A stretch of DNA of 64,000 bases from Podarcis cretensis (GCA_951804945.1 OX638162.1:30194001-30258000), one strand, 5' to 3'. Numbered from the stretch's first letter, positions 1 through 19,264 are shown. Notes: a model not told the origin generated them from the sequence alone. Program-made: numbers and translations.

Positions 1-508
1 AGTGGAATTTGATGCCACCAATCATAGTATCAGTAGTTAATGGCCTTTTCTATAAAGTGGTGCTGACAGTCTACTCTGACATGCAGCCTGCAGGGTTCTG
101 TTTTGTCCGTCAGGCTATGAAGCATCTGTTCCCCAGAAACAAAAGTGTCAATCTAACACGGCAGTTAAGCAGCTAGGCGACTGCAGGATAAGTAATAACC
201 AGTCACTTAATTTATTTCATGAAAGCACCAGCTTAAGACTAATACAGGCACAGTAAGGGCATTGTGCGCTAGGACTTTAGCCCTGTAATAACTTATCCCG
301 CAGTTCTGAAGGTTTGAATCCTTGGGGTAGCAAAACTGTAGAAACCTAGTTTTCAGTTTTATACTAGCACGGGCCACAAATGGGAGTGAATTTGAAGGTG
401 CTGCTTTTAACTCTCCTGTTAAACCAGACAGTTTTTTGATCCTAGAATACTAGCTTTTAAATAGTCAATAACAAAAAAATTTTTGGAACAAATGTCAGAA
501 TCTGCTTA

Positions 509-1491
<983 letters not shown>

Positions 1492-1592
1492 CTTCAGTCT
1501 CCGGCGAGACCCGGAAGCGCCTGCAGGGGTTGCTCTTCCGGGGCGTCAGGGAGCCGCTCTATCCGCCTCTTTTCCCCTTGTTGCACGAGGAG

Positions 1593-4500
1593 ATGGGGCG
1601 GAAGCGGCAGCAGCAGCAACGGCGGCAGCGGCAGCCCCGGCAGAGACCCCCTCACGAGGCCTTCGCGGAGGCGGAGGATGAGGAAGGCCCCGGCGGCGAC
1701 TCCGGCTCCATCTCGGGCGGGGAACCGCTCCACGGCCACTCTTCCTCCTCCCCCGTGAAGGACGCGGCGGCGGGGTCGGCCGAGCCGGAGCCGGGTAGCG
1801 GCAGCGGCAGCGTCCGGGGATGCGGCGAAGTCCGGGCCTCGCCTTCTCCCCCGCTGGCCATGTGGGACTTGGGCCACTGCGACCCGCGGCGCTGCACGGG
1901 GCGGCGGCTGGCAAGGAAGGGGCTGGTGCGGACGTTGCGCCTGGGGCAGCGCTTCGGAGGCGTCATCCTCAGCCCTGCCGCCACCCGCTTCGTCTCCCCC
2001 GCAGACAGGTGAGCGGGGCCGGCGGAGCTAGGAAGGTGTTAGAAGAAAAAACTGCTCCCTTTTCCCTGATGGGGTATCCAAGAGCCCGCATAGAATCCTC
2101 ATGTAGGTTCTCTATCGGTAGAAAATAACAGAGGCCAAGCAGAGAATATGGAGAAGCAAAGGAGCTAGTAAGCCGGATCTTTATTGCAACAGGGTGCTCA
2201 CTCACCACATGCAGGAAAGGAGGAGGACCCAGAACATTGGTGTGCAAGCAGTTATATAGACTTTTGAAATTCCTACCCTGCAGCTCAAGATCACACCCCA
2301 AAACGTCATACATACATCACAGAAAGAGGTGATCCCCAGCAGAAATTTGTGTGTGTTGCTTCTCTCCTGTCAGCCAGGATACCTGATAATGCTTTATATG
2401 ATTGCCTTTTCTGGGTAGCCTGGCCATTCCTCTGAGATGGTAAATATGGAACATGTATTAATATCAATAAAGGTCAAGCCCTTACGTCCTTTTTAGATAC
2501 TTGCCAGACTGTATTTACAGGCATCTAGAGGAAAGGGGAAGCCAGCAAAGACAGGAGGAGGGTTTCTGCCCGATGGAGGGGAAAAGGCAGGACCTTTAAT
2601 CATGCTATACCTCAGAGCCACTCAACGGTAAGTTGGCAGACAAAAGAAAGCAGCTCTTTACACAGCTGGTAATAAACTCTGGAATTTGCTCACTGAGAGG
2701 CAGTGATAGCCATCAACTTGAATGATCTTCACTGAGGATTAGACAGATTCATGACAAGCCTATCAGTGGCTTCTAGCCATAATTGTTTTGTTCTGTCTCC
2801 ATTGCTGCCTCTGAATGAGTGCTGTTGTGTTCATGCCCTGCCTGCAGGCTTCCCTGAGGCATCTGTAAGAACAGGCTGGTCCAGCTACAGGGCTGCTTTC
2901 TTCTTAGTGCTCATGTGTAGCCTGTAAGACTGATACTTCAGGGTTGAGGTGCGTTCCCAGCCAGTGTTCTTTTTGGGCTTTGTTCAAGTGGATGCTTCCA
3001 CTAGCTAGTGAGCTGATGAAACTTTACACCTTAGGATTGATGTAATGTTGCTGAGTCCTTGGTTATTCAGATTTGTTCAGATTTGGCCACATCCAGTGTC
3101 TTCGCATGAGAAGTCTGGCTTGGCGGTCTTGAGCAACTCACATCTGCTATCCTAACTGGATCCCAAAGCAGCTCCAGTGGGGCGAGAAACCAGCAACATC
3201 CTGGTTTGAAATTGCTGTTGCTGTGTTTTTAGACAGATTGTGGCTCAGAATGGAATTGCGGTGATTGACTGCTCGTGGGCAAAGCTGGATGAGACGCCGT
3301 TTGCCAAGATGAAGGGAAGCCATCTCCGCCTGCTGCCCTTTCTGGTGGCTGCAAATCCAGTGAACTACGGCCGGCCATGCAAACTCTCCTGTGTGGAAGC
3401 ATTTGCAGCTACTTTCTACATTGTGGGTGAGGCTGGAAAAAAAAAACTTGTAGGTCTAATTCTTTGCTGTAAAGTGGACTGTATGAATACATGCCTGTCT
3501 GTGTGCAGCCACGCCTTGGTGTCAAACATATTTCCTTGATGACTGGGGCAAGTTTGAAAATGTTCTGGGGGTCTGTGGCATCTGCTGAGGAATCTGGGGT
3601 CTGTTCTCTCCACATTCTCTCCCTTCTTTTGAGCACCGCTATAGGCTTACAGAAAGGTGTATGTGAATGTACACATTGCTCAATTACTTTTTAAGAGGGA
3701 CTTCTGTCTTTATTTTGAGCTACCTGCCTCTGTTCCAACTAACTGATTAATTGGAGAATGTGGCAAGATTTCTGAGTGATGCTATAAAATTGTCACCATA
3801 GGTCTTAACGTACCTCACAATGTCTGGACAGTTTTATCCTAAAGTACCTCTTAATATGTTTCATTAACTGTGTTGTATTTTGATCCATGTATACGATGCA
3901 GTTTTTATGCCAATGAAGTAGATAGATAAAAACTTATTTATTTCAGAATGTCACGAGCAACTAGGAGGTATGGGGCTAGACAGCTTCTTCGCCTGCAAAG
4001 TACCTTGTAATTTTTTTAAAAAATGCAGGCTTTCTTGTCTTTATTTTAGGATTCTCTGATCTTGCCACAATTCTCTTACAAAAATTTAAATGGGGAAAAG
4101 TGTTCCTTGATTTGAATAAAGACCTCCTGGAGAAATATGCAGCTTGTAATTGTGAACAGGAAGTACTGAAAGTTGAACAAGAGTTTCTGGCTCATGCCCA
4201 AGAAAAAGAAAAAGAAGAAATAGGTAAGAACCTACAGACTTTTACTTCTGAGGACCTTTGAGTCTTCTTAAACAGTGCCTTGACATTGCCCTTGTCTCCC
4301 CCGCACCTCCATGGTCAGGAAATCAAGTGGTGCTTAGTCAGAAAGCTGCTCCATTCTTCTGGGATGAACATATGGGATCAGTCAGCCACATAACTTGGGT
4401 GCCCCCTAGGAGCGTGGGGAATCCCCAGCATAGTACTATACTACATCACCAACAAAGTGTCCCACATAATCCCATACATTCTAGAAGACAAGACAAAACA

Positions 4501-5802
4501 ATGAGTACACCTGGAGAGAGACATAATTGAAAATACCTTCACCACAGCTTACCCATTCCTCCCCAAAAAACTAAGGAAAATCCCCACAACACTAAACAGG
4601 TTCACACAGACCATGCTTAAAGCATGGAAGGAAGAAGCAAGTAAACTGTCCTCAAACCCATCCCCACTAATCCCCCATAGTGGGCACACCATCCACTATT
4701 GCACCACGCAGCACAAAACCTCTAGATAAAAACCTGAGAAGCCAAAGGCTTATGCCGCCTAGCAGACTTCTACAAAAATAACAAACCCATATCAACGCAA
4801 GAAATACAAGACAAACTAGGGGACACCGAAATGCCCTGGGCTAACACACCACCAAGTACATGCCCTTTTAAATAATCCAGTAGTAAAATGAGCAGCGACT
4901 AGGCCCTTGACAGCCTTCAAAAACCTCCTCCTAACAACAAAGGGCTACAATATACAAAATACTGCTCCAAAATCCCACAAACCCCCTCAACGTAATCAGA
5001 AAACAATGGTTCAACATTTGTTGTTGGAAAAGTGAAATACAAGTATTAAATCACCTCAACTCAACATTTAGAGCTTTGTTATGGCAACACTAACACCTTG
5101 AGTTAGGCCTAGTAGCTCACTGTCAGCCAGTGATACTGGTCTTCTCTGATGCAGTAATTATTGTCAATATAAAGTCTCTGCCCATCTCCCCTGCCCTCAG
5201 AGACCACACCAGCTGGACTAACAAACCAACCCCACGCTCCCAAGTTATCTACCATCAACTGCCTGTGGCAATTACTATTGGCATTGTACTGGTAAATTAT
5301 TGTATATTGATTTTACTTTTAAGTCATCTTGGAATGATTTGCATTCTGAAAGATGGGATGTAATTGCATACATATGGGTCTAGAGAAGAAAAAACTTGGA
5401 ACAATAGCTTACCATCCTGCTTCTCTCCACAGACCCCTTCGATATTGACTCTGGAAAAGAGTTTTTTAATCCCAACAGGCCTGCCAGAACTTCAGGGTAA
5501 GATCTTCAGGTTTGCAATCCTAAACCCACCAGGGAACAAAGTCCATTTAGTGGGGCTTACTTCTGAGTTGACATAGCAGTAGTGTCTCATTTTCCTTTTC
5601 CTTCTTGGTTTGTATTACACTGATCTCCATTCATAGAATAACTGCTGGTGATGAAAGTTCCGATGAAGAAACATCTGATGAGGATGAGGATGATGATGCT
5701 GGAAAGAGTAGCAGCTCAGAGGACCTAAATGCAACATGTGCTGCACACAGCAAGCCAGCTGTGTGGAAGAAAACTAAAAACAAACCAAGGTTCCAATCCT
5801 GA
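1593..5802 (+). CDS. TSR3: 18S rRNA aminocarboxypropyltransferase TSR3 (5 coding exons, ~337 aa)
   Basis: Exons 1593-2008, 3233-3426, 4050-4223, 5433-5496 and 5637-5802; GT-AG and phases join in frame. Motifs [76 protein letters not shown] and an acidic tail. AATAAA at 5857-5862. Confidence 0.96.
2037..2627 (-). mobile_element. Probable solo LTR in TSR3 intron 1, antisense to TSR3
   Basis: Abrupt composition change at TGTTAG (2037). On the minus strand a TATATAA (~2252-2258) is followed ~70 nt later by AATAAA (2180-2185), the U3-R layout. The right terminus is degenerate and no clean TSD was found. Confidence 0.5.
2633..2900 (+). mobile_element. CR1 LINE 3' fragment
   Basis: CAGACAAAAGAAAG...AAACTCTGGAATTTGCT...GGATTAGACAGATTCATG resembles the CR1 ORF2 end and 3'UTR; a similar sequence occurs at 30020-30160. 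Confidence 0.65.
4280..5020 (-). mobile_element. Possible decayed L1/Tx1-type LINE fragment in TSR3 intron 3
   Basis: Strong A/C skew on the + strand, and a WRCG-like remnant on the minus strand reminiscent of the L1 ORF2 C-terminal zinc knuckle. No intact ORF. Confidence 0.3.
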
Positions 5803-5878
5803 GCATTCTTACAAGGAAGTAAGTCCCATTGAACTCAGTGATGGGGTTTGCTTTTAAATAAAGCCTGTCTAGGATTGG
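5793..5878. repeat. Short interspersed hairpin-type repeat (CAATCCT...AAGTAAGTCCCA...AGGATTG family) overlapping the TSR3 stop codon
   Basis: Inverted ends CCAATCCT/AGGATTGG. Related degenerate copies at ~5514-5575, ~33999-34050 and ~37766-37850. Confidence 0.6.
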
Positions 5879-7013
5879 GCTTGACTGCACTTTGCTCTGG
5901 TGAGTCCAGTGGGTTAAGAAGATATACAGGGTTGGTTGAGAACCTTCTTCTGTGGATAGCAGTCCCCACTTACTGCTAGCAAATGGGGCCTCACCGTCTC
6001 TCTTCTGCTGTAGTGGCCATACACTGCAACTGTGGCACGCTTTTAAATCACCATTTCAGCTAGTTTCTACTAGTAGAATATGTTGTGATGTTGGAAGGAA
6101 ATAAACTGGGTGAGGTTCCCTGAAAGTAACGCCTCCACCTCTCAATTCAGTACCTCTCCTGATACCCAAGAGAGGCTTTGGCCTGGTGGCTGTGAATGCA
6201 GATGCTGAATGAGAAGCTCCAGCTGAGATGGGCAGGCACCCTGACCCTTCTTATACTGCTGAGGGTGAAGAACACAAGGGACAACCTTGCTGGAGCAAGG
6301 CCGGACTCCACACACACACCCCTCCATCCTCCTCCAGTGAGCTGCCTCTTGGGGATCAGATGATAGCAAAACAAAGGTGGCTGAAATTGTAGTGTTACAA
6401 AAGCACCCCAAGCCCATTGCAGTATTTAACTTGTGTTACTTGTGCCTTGATACAAAAAAAAAATTCCTCACTTTTCAGGCAAGAGGAAAGATGAAACTGC
6501 ACTCTAAGTTTCCTTAGGTCACCAGTGGGGTGTGGGACAGTAGCCAATGAGAATATCACCAGGATAATGAAGCTACTGGGTCTGACACATGCATTTTCAA
6601 CCCTTCAGTCTCTTATTGTCCAGCTAAAAGGATGCTTTGATTTGAAGGAAGGAAATCCTTATATGGCACTGTTGAAAAGCATATCCCTGCCCCCAACATG
6701 TATATTCATGGGAGTGGAATAAACACTAATGTACCAAACTTTGGTTAGTTTGTCCTTTCATCCTATTAAGCCAAGCAGCCAAATGATGTGCTATTGTATG
6801 TTGGATGCTTGAATACAGCAGTATGGTCACATGGAACTAACTACCGGTGGCTTTTCAAGATCTCACACAGATCTTTTTTAACTCCTGCTGCCTGGAATGA
6901 CCATGGCATGATATCTCTCCCAAAGCTATTGAATGCCCGCAAGAGAGGTCACTCCAAAAGTGACAAGTATATTAAAGGAAGAAAGTGAGACAAAAAAGCT
7001 TTATAGAAACAAG

Positions 7014-7019
7014 TTTATT
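7014..7019 (-). terminator. Likely UBE2I polyadenylation signal
   Basis: AATAAA on the minus strand ~560 nt downstream of the UBE2I stop, after a U-rich 3'UTR. Confidence 0.65.
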
Positions 7020-7580
7020 TACTCTAAACAGCAACACAGACAAAACGCCATAAACACAAAGGAAGTGATGCAGAATCAAGATGCTGGCTGACTTTGGATC
7101 TGGAGGCTTTTAAGCAACAACAACCTAATTTATTATTGGTAGAAATCAAAAAAGGGGGTGGAGGGCATGTTTTTCTTTTTCTTCTTACAGCCAAGTAGAG
7201 GCAAAATATACTTCTAAACAGTTTAAAGCATGCCTGCATCAGAAAGCAAAGAAACTAGAGATACTAGTGAATTTATAGAAGTATAAAAGTTTATAGTTTT
7301 ACAGCAGTTGAAATACTGACATCAATATTAAAATAAAAGCAAGTTTTACATAACAATCAAAAATACAAAAGACTGAAGGAAGAGACCCTGTATGAAAAAA
7401 CGGGGGGCAATTCAGCAAATTTAGAACTGTATACAAGTGGCGAATATGGAAAATGGCACACATACAATCCCCTCCCCTAAGTGACTATTAATTGTACATA
7501 GTGACAATAGATTTGCAAAAGTTTTGTAAACAAGTTCTTGCCAATTAATCCCTTCCTTTAAGATGCTGGATGACAGGAGC

Positions 7581-12838
<5,258 letters not shown>

Positions 12839-12839
12839 T

Positions 12840-14160
12840 CAGGGCAGCTGAAGTTTTCCGCATCGCCGCCACCGAATGGGCCGCAAAAAACCGTCTTGGG
12901 GCGACTTTGCCGCCGCAGCCCCGGAAACTGTCAGCTTTCCCGACGAGGCGGGAGGGGGAGGGGGAAGAGAAAGAAGGATCCCAGGACCCTGAGCCTCTCC
13001 CCTCTCGCCGTGCGCCGCTGCTGCTGCTTCCCGCAGGCCGCCGCCTCCTCCCTCCCCAAGTCCAACAACCGGGCGGGCGGGGGAGGAGGTCGGAGGAGTA
13101 CCGCGGCCTAGGAGTCCCGTGCGAGCCCTAGGAGCATCGCCGCCGCCGCCGCAGGAAGGCCCGGTCCGGCCCAGGAGCAACCAGCCCCGCCTCGGCGGAA
13201 CACGGCTATGGGCCTGGCCCGGCCTTCTCCTCGCCCCGGAGGCGGAGCGCGAGCAGCCAGGCCTGACCTTGAGGGACCAGCGGGAGCCCCGGGAGGAGGC
13301 CGAGAAGGCGGCCGTTCCGCGGGCTGAGAGGCCTCCGCCGCGCGTTTCCCTCTCCGCCTCCGGGCTGCCTCTAGGCCCAGTCCGTCGCCGCCTCCTCCGC
13401 TTCCCGCTCCTGCCCGCGGCCTCTTCCTAGGCGTCTTCCCGCCAAAGGCCTCACCGTGTAGCGGCCGCAGCAGCAGCTCCCGCGCGTGTCCCGGATTCAG
13501 GCGACGGCGGCGGCGGCGAATGACCCGGATGTTCCCTACTCGCCTCCCCCCCTTTTGTCTCAAGCCTGGACTTTCCCTCGCAGGAAGCGGAGCGCGTCGG
13601 CGCAGCCTGTCCCTCGGCGCGACCCGTCCGCCAAACGGCGCCTGCGCGGTGCGCGCGCACTTCAGCGCCACAGCCAGGCCGAGAAGCTCAGAGCGGGCCG
13701 ACTCTGCGCGGGTAGAGTAGGTGGTTCTGCCCAGGGGCGGAGCGAACTCCCCGCCAATCCACGGAGCTGGGCAACCGGTGATCCCACCTCTGGGGGTGGG
13801 GCTGGTTGCCATGATGACGGGAGTCGCTCTGAGAACCCGGATGGGACTCGACTGCCCCTCCCCTTCCTCCCCATTGGAGCTTGGCTGGGAAGCTCCGCCC
13901 CCACAGCGGGCCACACGTGGAGAACACCGGGGCAATCCTGCCAGATGAGGGAGGATAATAATAAAAAATATGTAGTAAATGTAGTAGTAGTAATGCTGCG
14001 AGGCCAAGATGCGACCCTCCCTGCGCGACCAGAGCTGAAAAACCGTCTTGGGTGGGTTGGCTGGAGCAGCAAGGTTGGAAGCCGTACTCCAGCTGCGCCC
14101 TGAAGAGGCTGGGACACCGCTCCGACACCGCCCAGCAAGCGCAGCCCGAGAAACCAAGAC
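12840..14160. promoter_or_regulatory. CpG island / UBE2I promoter and probable non-coding first exon (~13455-13530)
   Basis: CpG-dense. Minus-strand donor ACG|GTGAGG at 13454/13455, NRF1-like GCGCCTGCGC (~13638) and ETS-like CCGGATG (~13525). Confidence 0.8.
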
Positions 14161-17100
14161 CCACAACGGCAGCTTTGTTAGAAAGGAGACGTTTATTTCA
14201 TGCACTTTACAAGGAGCGAGTGTAACGAAACTTTTCTTTAAAACATCCACACATACCAGTAATATATTTGTTCCAGAAGTGACACATCCACCTGAAAACG
14301 AACTGGAGATGCCTCGAGAGGGACTCCTCTAAGAAATCTTTCATTTTGTTCTGCTCACAGCCAGGCCAAAAGTACAGAGGTGGGGAAGGGTGCAATGCCA
14401 GGTGTCAAACTGCTGTAAAAAGTACTCTTCAAAGATAAAGAACTGGTGCAAAAAAGAACTATTGCTAATCCACTGTCTGGAAGATAAGATTGTACCACTT
14501 TTTTTTAAAAAAAAATGATGTAATTGCTTCCCCCACCCTGGCAGAAAGCAAACTGGTGGGTTGGAGGGGAGGCACAGGAAGAGCCTTAATTTCAAACCAG
14601 CCTCTCCTCATCAATGTTTTAAACGGTCAACCTTTCCAGAACACAGAGGAAGGCAGAGTGATGATCTCACCTCTCCTGTTGGTTGGTCTACCTGGGAAGT
14701 TTTAATGTAGGAAGAACCCTCCTGGATCAGACCAAAAGGCAACCAAGTGCCCTTCCTGGGAAGCCCTCATACTGTTGTATTCAAAGGCACAGAGGTGCCT
14801 CTGCTCATGGATGCACTACACAGCCCCCCTGACTAGTAGTAGCAATAATTCTGGGTTTGTAGTTATGTTTTAAAAAGTAAAGCATGCATCAAGTATTCGG
14901 ATTTGCTTCCTGTCCAGGTGCACAGAAAATCTAGTCCTTTGTAAGCACAGTGAAAACGCTGCCTTTGATAAACTTGACCCCAAGCAATGACCTGTTTTCT
15001 ACCCTATGGAAGGACAGAAAACACACTTTCCCACACATGACATTTCAGTTTTGTAAACGATGGAGTGTTCACAAGCAAATGCATCTTCTTGATTACGGCC
15101 CCACTGAGATGCAAGCAAACTTTCATTAACTTGCATTCAAGTTTTGTGGAAAGGCCAGCCCTTGACATTCCTACTGCATGACAATTACAGCCAGGTAGCC
15201 CTTTCAGCCCTCGATTTTGGAGCAAGTTGTCACAAAGCTTGAGGCACCCATGTTTCCCTAAGTAAATGCATTACCAAATCTTAAACGGCAGCTCTAAAGC
15301 AAGATTCAGAGATGGCCAAGATAGTGAAGGAGCACAGAATAAGCAAAGAACCACTTCAAGGCTTGTTTCAAATCCATTTTCTGTTTGCAAGCAGGTAAAG
15401 TAGCCCAGGCTGTGAAAAATATCTTAGTTCAGCAACAGCACTAAAAATGGAATTTGAAGGAAGGTCCAAGAAGTAGACAATGACTAAACTTGGACTACAG
15501 CCTTTCAAAGGAACTCAATTTCTCCTTGAATTCAGGTGTTAACTCACATGCAGGGAACTACTGGTTTTAAGCCAGAGGGAGTCCATGCATCTCTTTCTAA
15601 TGCCATACCAGTCCTACCCTCTGACGGTGACTGATTTTGGCTGTCTGCAAGGGAACCCCTACATACAAGTAGCAATTGCACAGAATCCCTGATGGTGTGG
15701 ATGTCCTATGTGTGAGCATAGTTTGGCCCTAGTCCTATATCAGTGCGCAAGATCATTTGCTCCAGAGACCAGCATACTATCAGAAAGAACCTTGAAATGA
15801 AACAGAGGCAACAGCTGCCACGCCTGGGGTAGGAGAGCATGTGAATGTTTGGCAACACTCAACTTTGTTAAGTGGTAGCTCTGACTGAGAAAGGAGTGTT
15901 CTCCCTTCCACCCTCTACAAGGACACAGCAGGCCTCGGGTCGATCTCTCCTCTTGCGACAAAAGCAATTTTCTCTACTCATTCTACCCACCTTTTACTAA
16001 AATATGTGAGAGTCAGGGAATGGCAGCATCCGGGTGTCAGGCCATGGTTGTATGTGTGCCTCTAAACTTATCTTTCTTGCAGGGAAAAGTGTCTGAAATG
16101 GGGTATGTTTTTTCCAGACTAAATGACAGCTTATGGCAGCAAGGGATGGGACAGACAAGACAGAAAGTTGCATGGCTAAATGAGCACAGATGTAACTGAA
16201 GCATCTATTTCTTTTGTTGTCAGGCATCATTGCAGGGCCTCTTGCGCCTTGAGAATCAATGATCTCCTCGGGGGGGGGGGGCTTTAAAGGCCTCTCCCCA
16301 CCCCCTTTTAAATAATTGACATTTCTTTTAAAAAACTGAGTAAAATGAAGGCAAAGCTGAGGCTAAACTACAGCTGAGCAGTGCAACAAAAGTTGTCTGT
16401 GTCCACTTTAGTATTTCAGTGGGAATGGGAAAGTTTGCCTTTTTAAGCTGCTGAAATCTGTCCAGTTCTCCAAGGGGGGGGGGATGTAATTTTCAGAATG
16501 CATAGAGACACTAACACACTGAAGGGAGGAAAGTGGCAAGTGGCTGAAAGGAGCACCTGTTCTCTCCCCTTAAAGAACGTGAGCAAAGAAGCAGAAGGCA
16601 CCTGGGTAGCCCTTTACCTGCTGTCCTCTACACTTCATGGTATAGGGTTTTTGGTACAATCTAAAATTTGTACCAAAGAAAGTGATATTCTGCAGTGCCA
16701 GTTTAAATACTTCCCCTAATTTTTAAAAGATACCTGGCTTCCAAGTTTCAGGAGCCTACAGACAAGTAGCAAAGGGAAAAGGAGAGAATAAAAGGCCTGA
16801 GGTGGCAGTTCTGGGAGACAGAAGCAGAGCCACAAAGGATAGGAAAGCCTAGTCTGGCACCCACTTGCTTTCTGAGCTCTCCTCTCACTGCCTACATTAC
16901 CCATCATGAGAGCAAGAAACCTGTATTTTTTCTTAAGCCAACAATGGAAGCTGAGGTTCTCAACATGCTAAGCTTTATACCACAGACCACATTCCACAAT
17001 CATGAAGAATACAAAAAGATTCCACACTTGCAAGGTTAAATCCTAGGATGCAACTTAAATTTCATATTGTTCAACATGCTAAAACTTTTTCTGTGTTCAG

Positions 17101-19264
17101 TAAGAAGCCAAACCAATGCAGAGAGAAAACCTTGCCTGCAGCCAAAATTATCACCCTGACAGATGCTGGCTTCAGCCCCTTCCCAAGTGTCTCCTGATGC
17201 TTTCTGGCTTTAAAGTCAGAGGGAGAACAAGAGGAACATCAAAAATCCCCTCCTCCAAGCACATAAGGGGACAGTGGCAGCAAGGTGGGAAATCCCACCC
17301 CAAAGCAGCAAACACGTTCACTGGCCACTTGATGGACAGAGTGGCTGCTTCTGTGCTCCACCTCCTTCCACTCACCATGTTTTGCTGCTGCCCCCTCTCA
17401 AGCCTGAAATTTGTGTCAGTAAAATCCTTTGCTACTTACAGCAAAAACATTCAAAGGCAGTTTCTGGACAGGCATGTGCACCACCTTTAAGGAAAGGCTG
17501 TTTGGAGATGGAGGCCTTTCAAGTCAGCCACTCAGACTGCCCTGGCAGAATGCGTCACAGTAACGGTGGGGCCTGAAGGAGAACAAGGCCTGTTCAGCCA
17601 ATTCAAGAGCCATCTTTGCATCTGCATATATGTGTGCGTGCACACACACATGCACACGCAGACACACTCGCAGTAACATTTCTTTCTACGTACACGAAAT
17701 GTGATCTCTTAGCACATTGGCGTTCGCTTTACAGTAATCAAACACAAGATGCCTAAAAAAGTATAAAAGTAGAAACATTTCACCCTTCAGAAGAATTACA
17801 TTTTAGTAAATTCATTTCAATGCTAACATCTTAAAAAAGACAAACGGATTACTCAATGTTGAGGAGGGCCTTGCAACTTTCTGTGCAGACCAGTCTCCAT
17901 GGCAAAAGACAAATGGCCCACTTGCTGATCTACTGGGCAGAAAAGGTTTGCCAAAAACCAGATCAAAAATGCAGGCAGACAAGGGATGCTCAAGATTGTG
18001 AGGACTCCACACATCTGAATGGAAAAGGAAGGGGTGTGTATACACACAGCTTCTGTGAGTTGCTTAATGAAAGTTAAAATATAGGTAGCATGTTAAGAGA
18101 GCCTCAGACAAGCAAGGGCTCCTCTCTGTGCTCTATGAAGCAGAGAGATCTGTATATACTCCTTTAAACCTATTTTCAAAAGACATGCTAATGGTTTCAT
18201 TTAAACACAGTACACTAAAAAGCTCCAGTTGTGTTTCTTCACATTTACCACAAGCCTCTCTCAATGAAACCACAAGTGTTATTGACAGTACTTGCCAAAC
18301 ATCAGAAGGAACTGCATAGATAAGAGAATGTAGAAATGACTGTAAACATCTGTTAAAGAATCACAATAATTCCTGCCTTCAGCTGCACAAACTCTGATGC
18401 TTTTGAGCACAGAGATTCTCATTCCCAGCCTTCATGATGGAGCACCCATGAAGACTCAACCCCCATGTCTATCTTCAGTGCTGTGAGTCCACGGGGGTAG
18501 CAATACTTGCAGGCATTTCTAAAAACAAAGAACGCAACTTTGGTGTGTGTGTGTATGTGTGTTTTTCGTGTGTGCACACATGTGTGCAAGGCAAGGTATT
18601 TGCCATATTATTTTTGTTTAACTGGGGCTTCAATCCTAAAGTGTAGCTAAAATTGGAGGTTAACCTTTGCAGGAGCAAGTTACCTGGAGAGGAAGGCTGT
18701 CCCTAGAGATGTGGGCAAAATAAGACCTTCTTCCCAAGAAGAGAATACCCTCTGGGTACTGAAGCAAGCAGGGTCGGGAGGGGGAAGAAGATGCACCCCT
18801 CCCTTAGTCTGGGGTAGTGCATTCTTACAATAGAGCCCCAAGGAATGTACAGCAGCCGCCAGTCAACTGGAGCTGCTTAAGGATGTCTGCCCACATGTGG
18901 GCTGTAATTTATTCATAGCACCAAGTATGTTGACCTTGAACTGCCTACAATTATTAAAACCCAAATTGTTTCCCTACAATCAGCAAAGCATCACTATATC
19001 TCTTCGGAAGGAAAGCATAGAGTGAAGTCAAATCTTCTTTCCATGGGATTAACATCAGCACAACCGGGCACCAGAGCCAACACAACCCCTCTTGCTGCTG
19101 AAGGCAGGCATCTGCAAGCAGCCAGCTCCAGCTGCAGCACCACCTTCAGGGTTCAAAATCCAGAACTACAGAAATGGTCTGAACAAGCGACATCCTCTTG
19201 GTGCCAAGCCTCTTCGTGTGGCAATGCAAAGGAAAACTTGTCAGCATTCAATACTGGGGCAGAG

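Noticed and set aside
13108-14250. 380-aa minus-strand ORF and overlapping 100-205 aa ORFs
   Set aside because: They lie in the UBE2I CpG island, where stops are rare; Arg/Gly/Pro/Ala low-complexity composition, no recognisable domain and several frames open at once.
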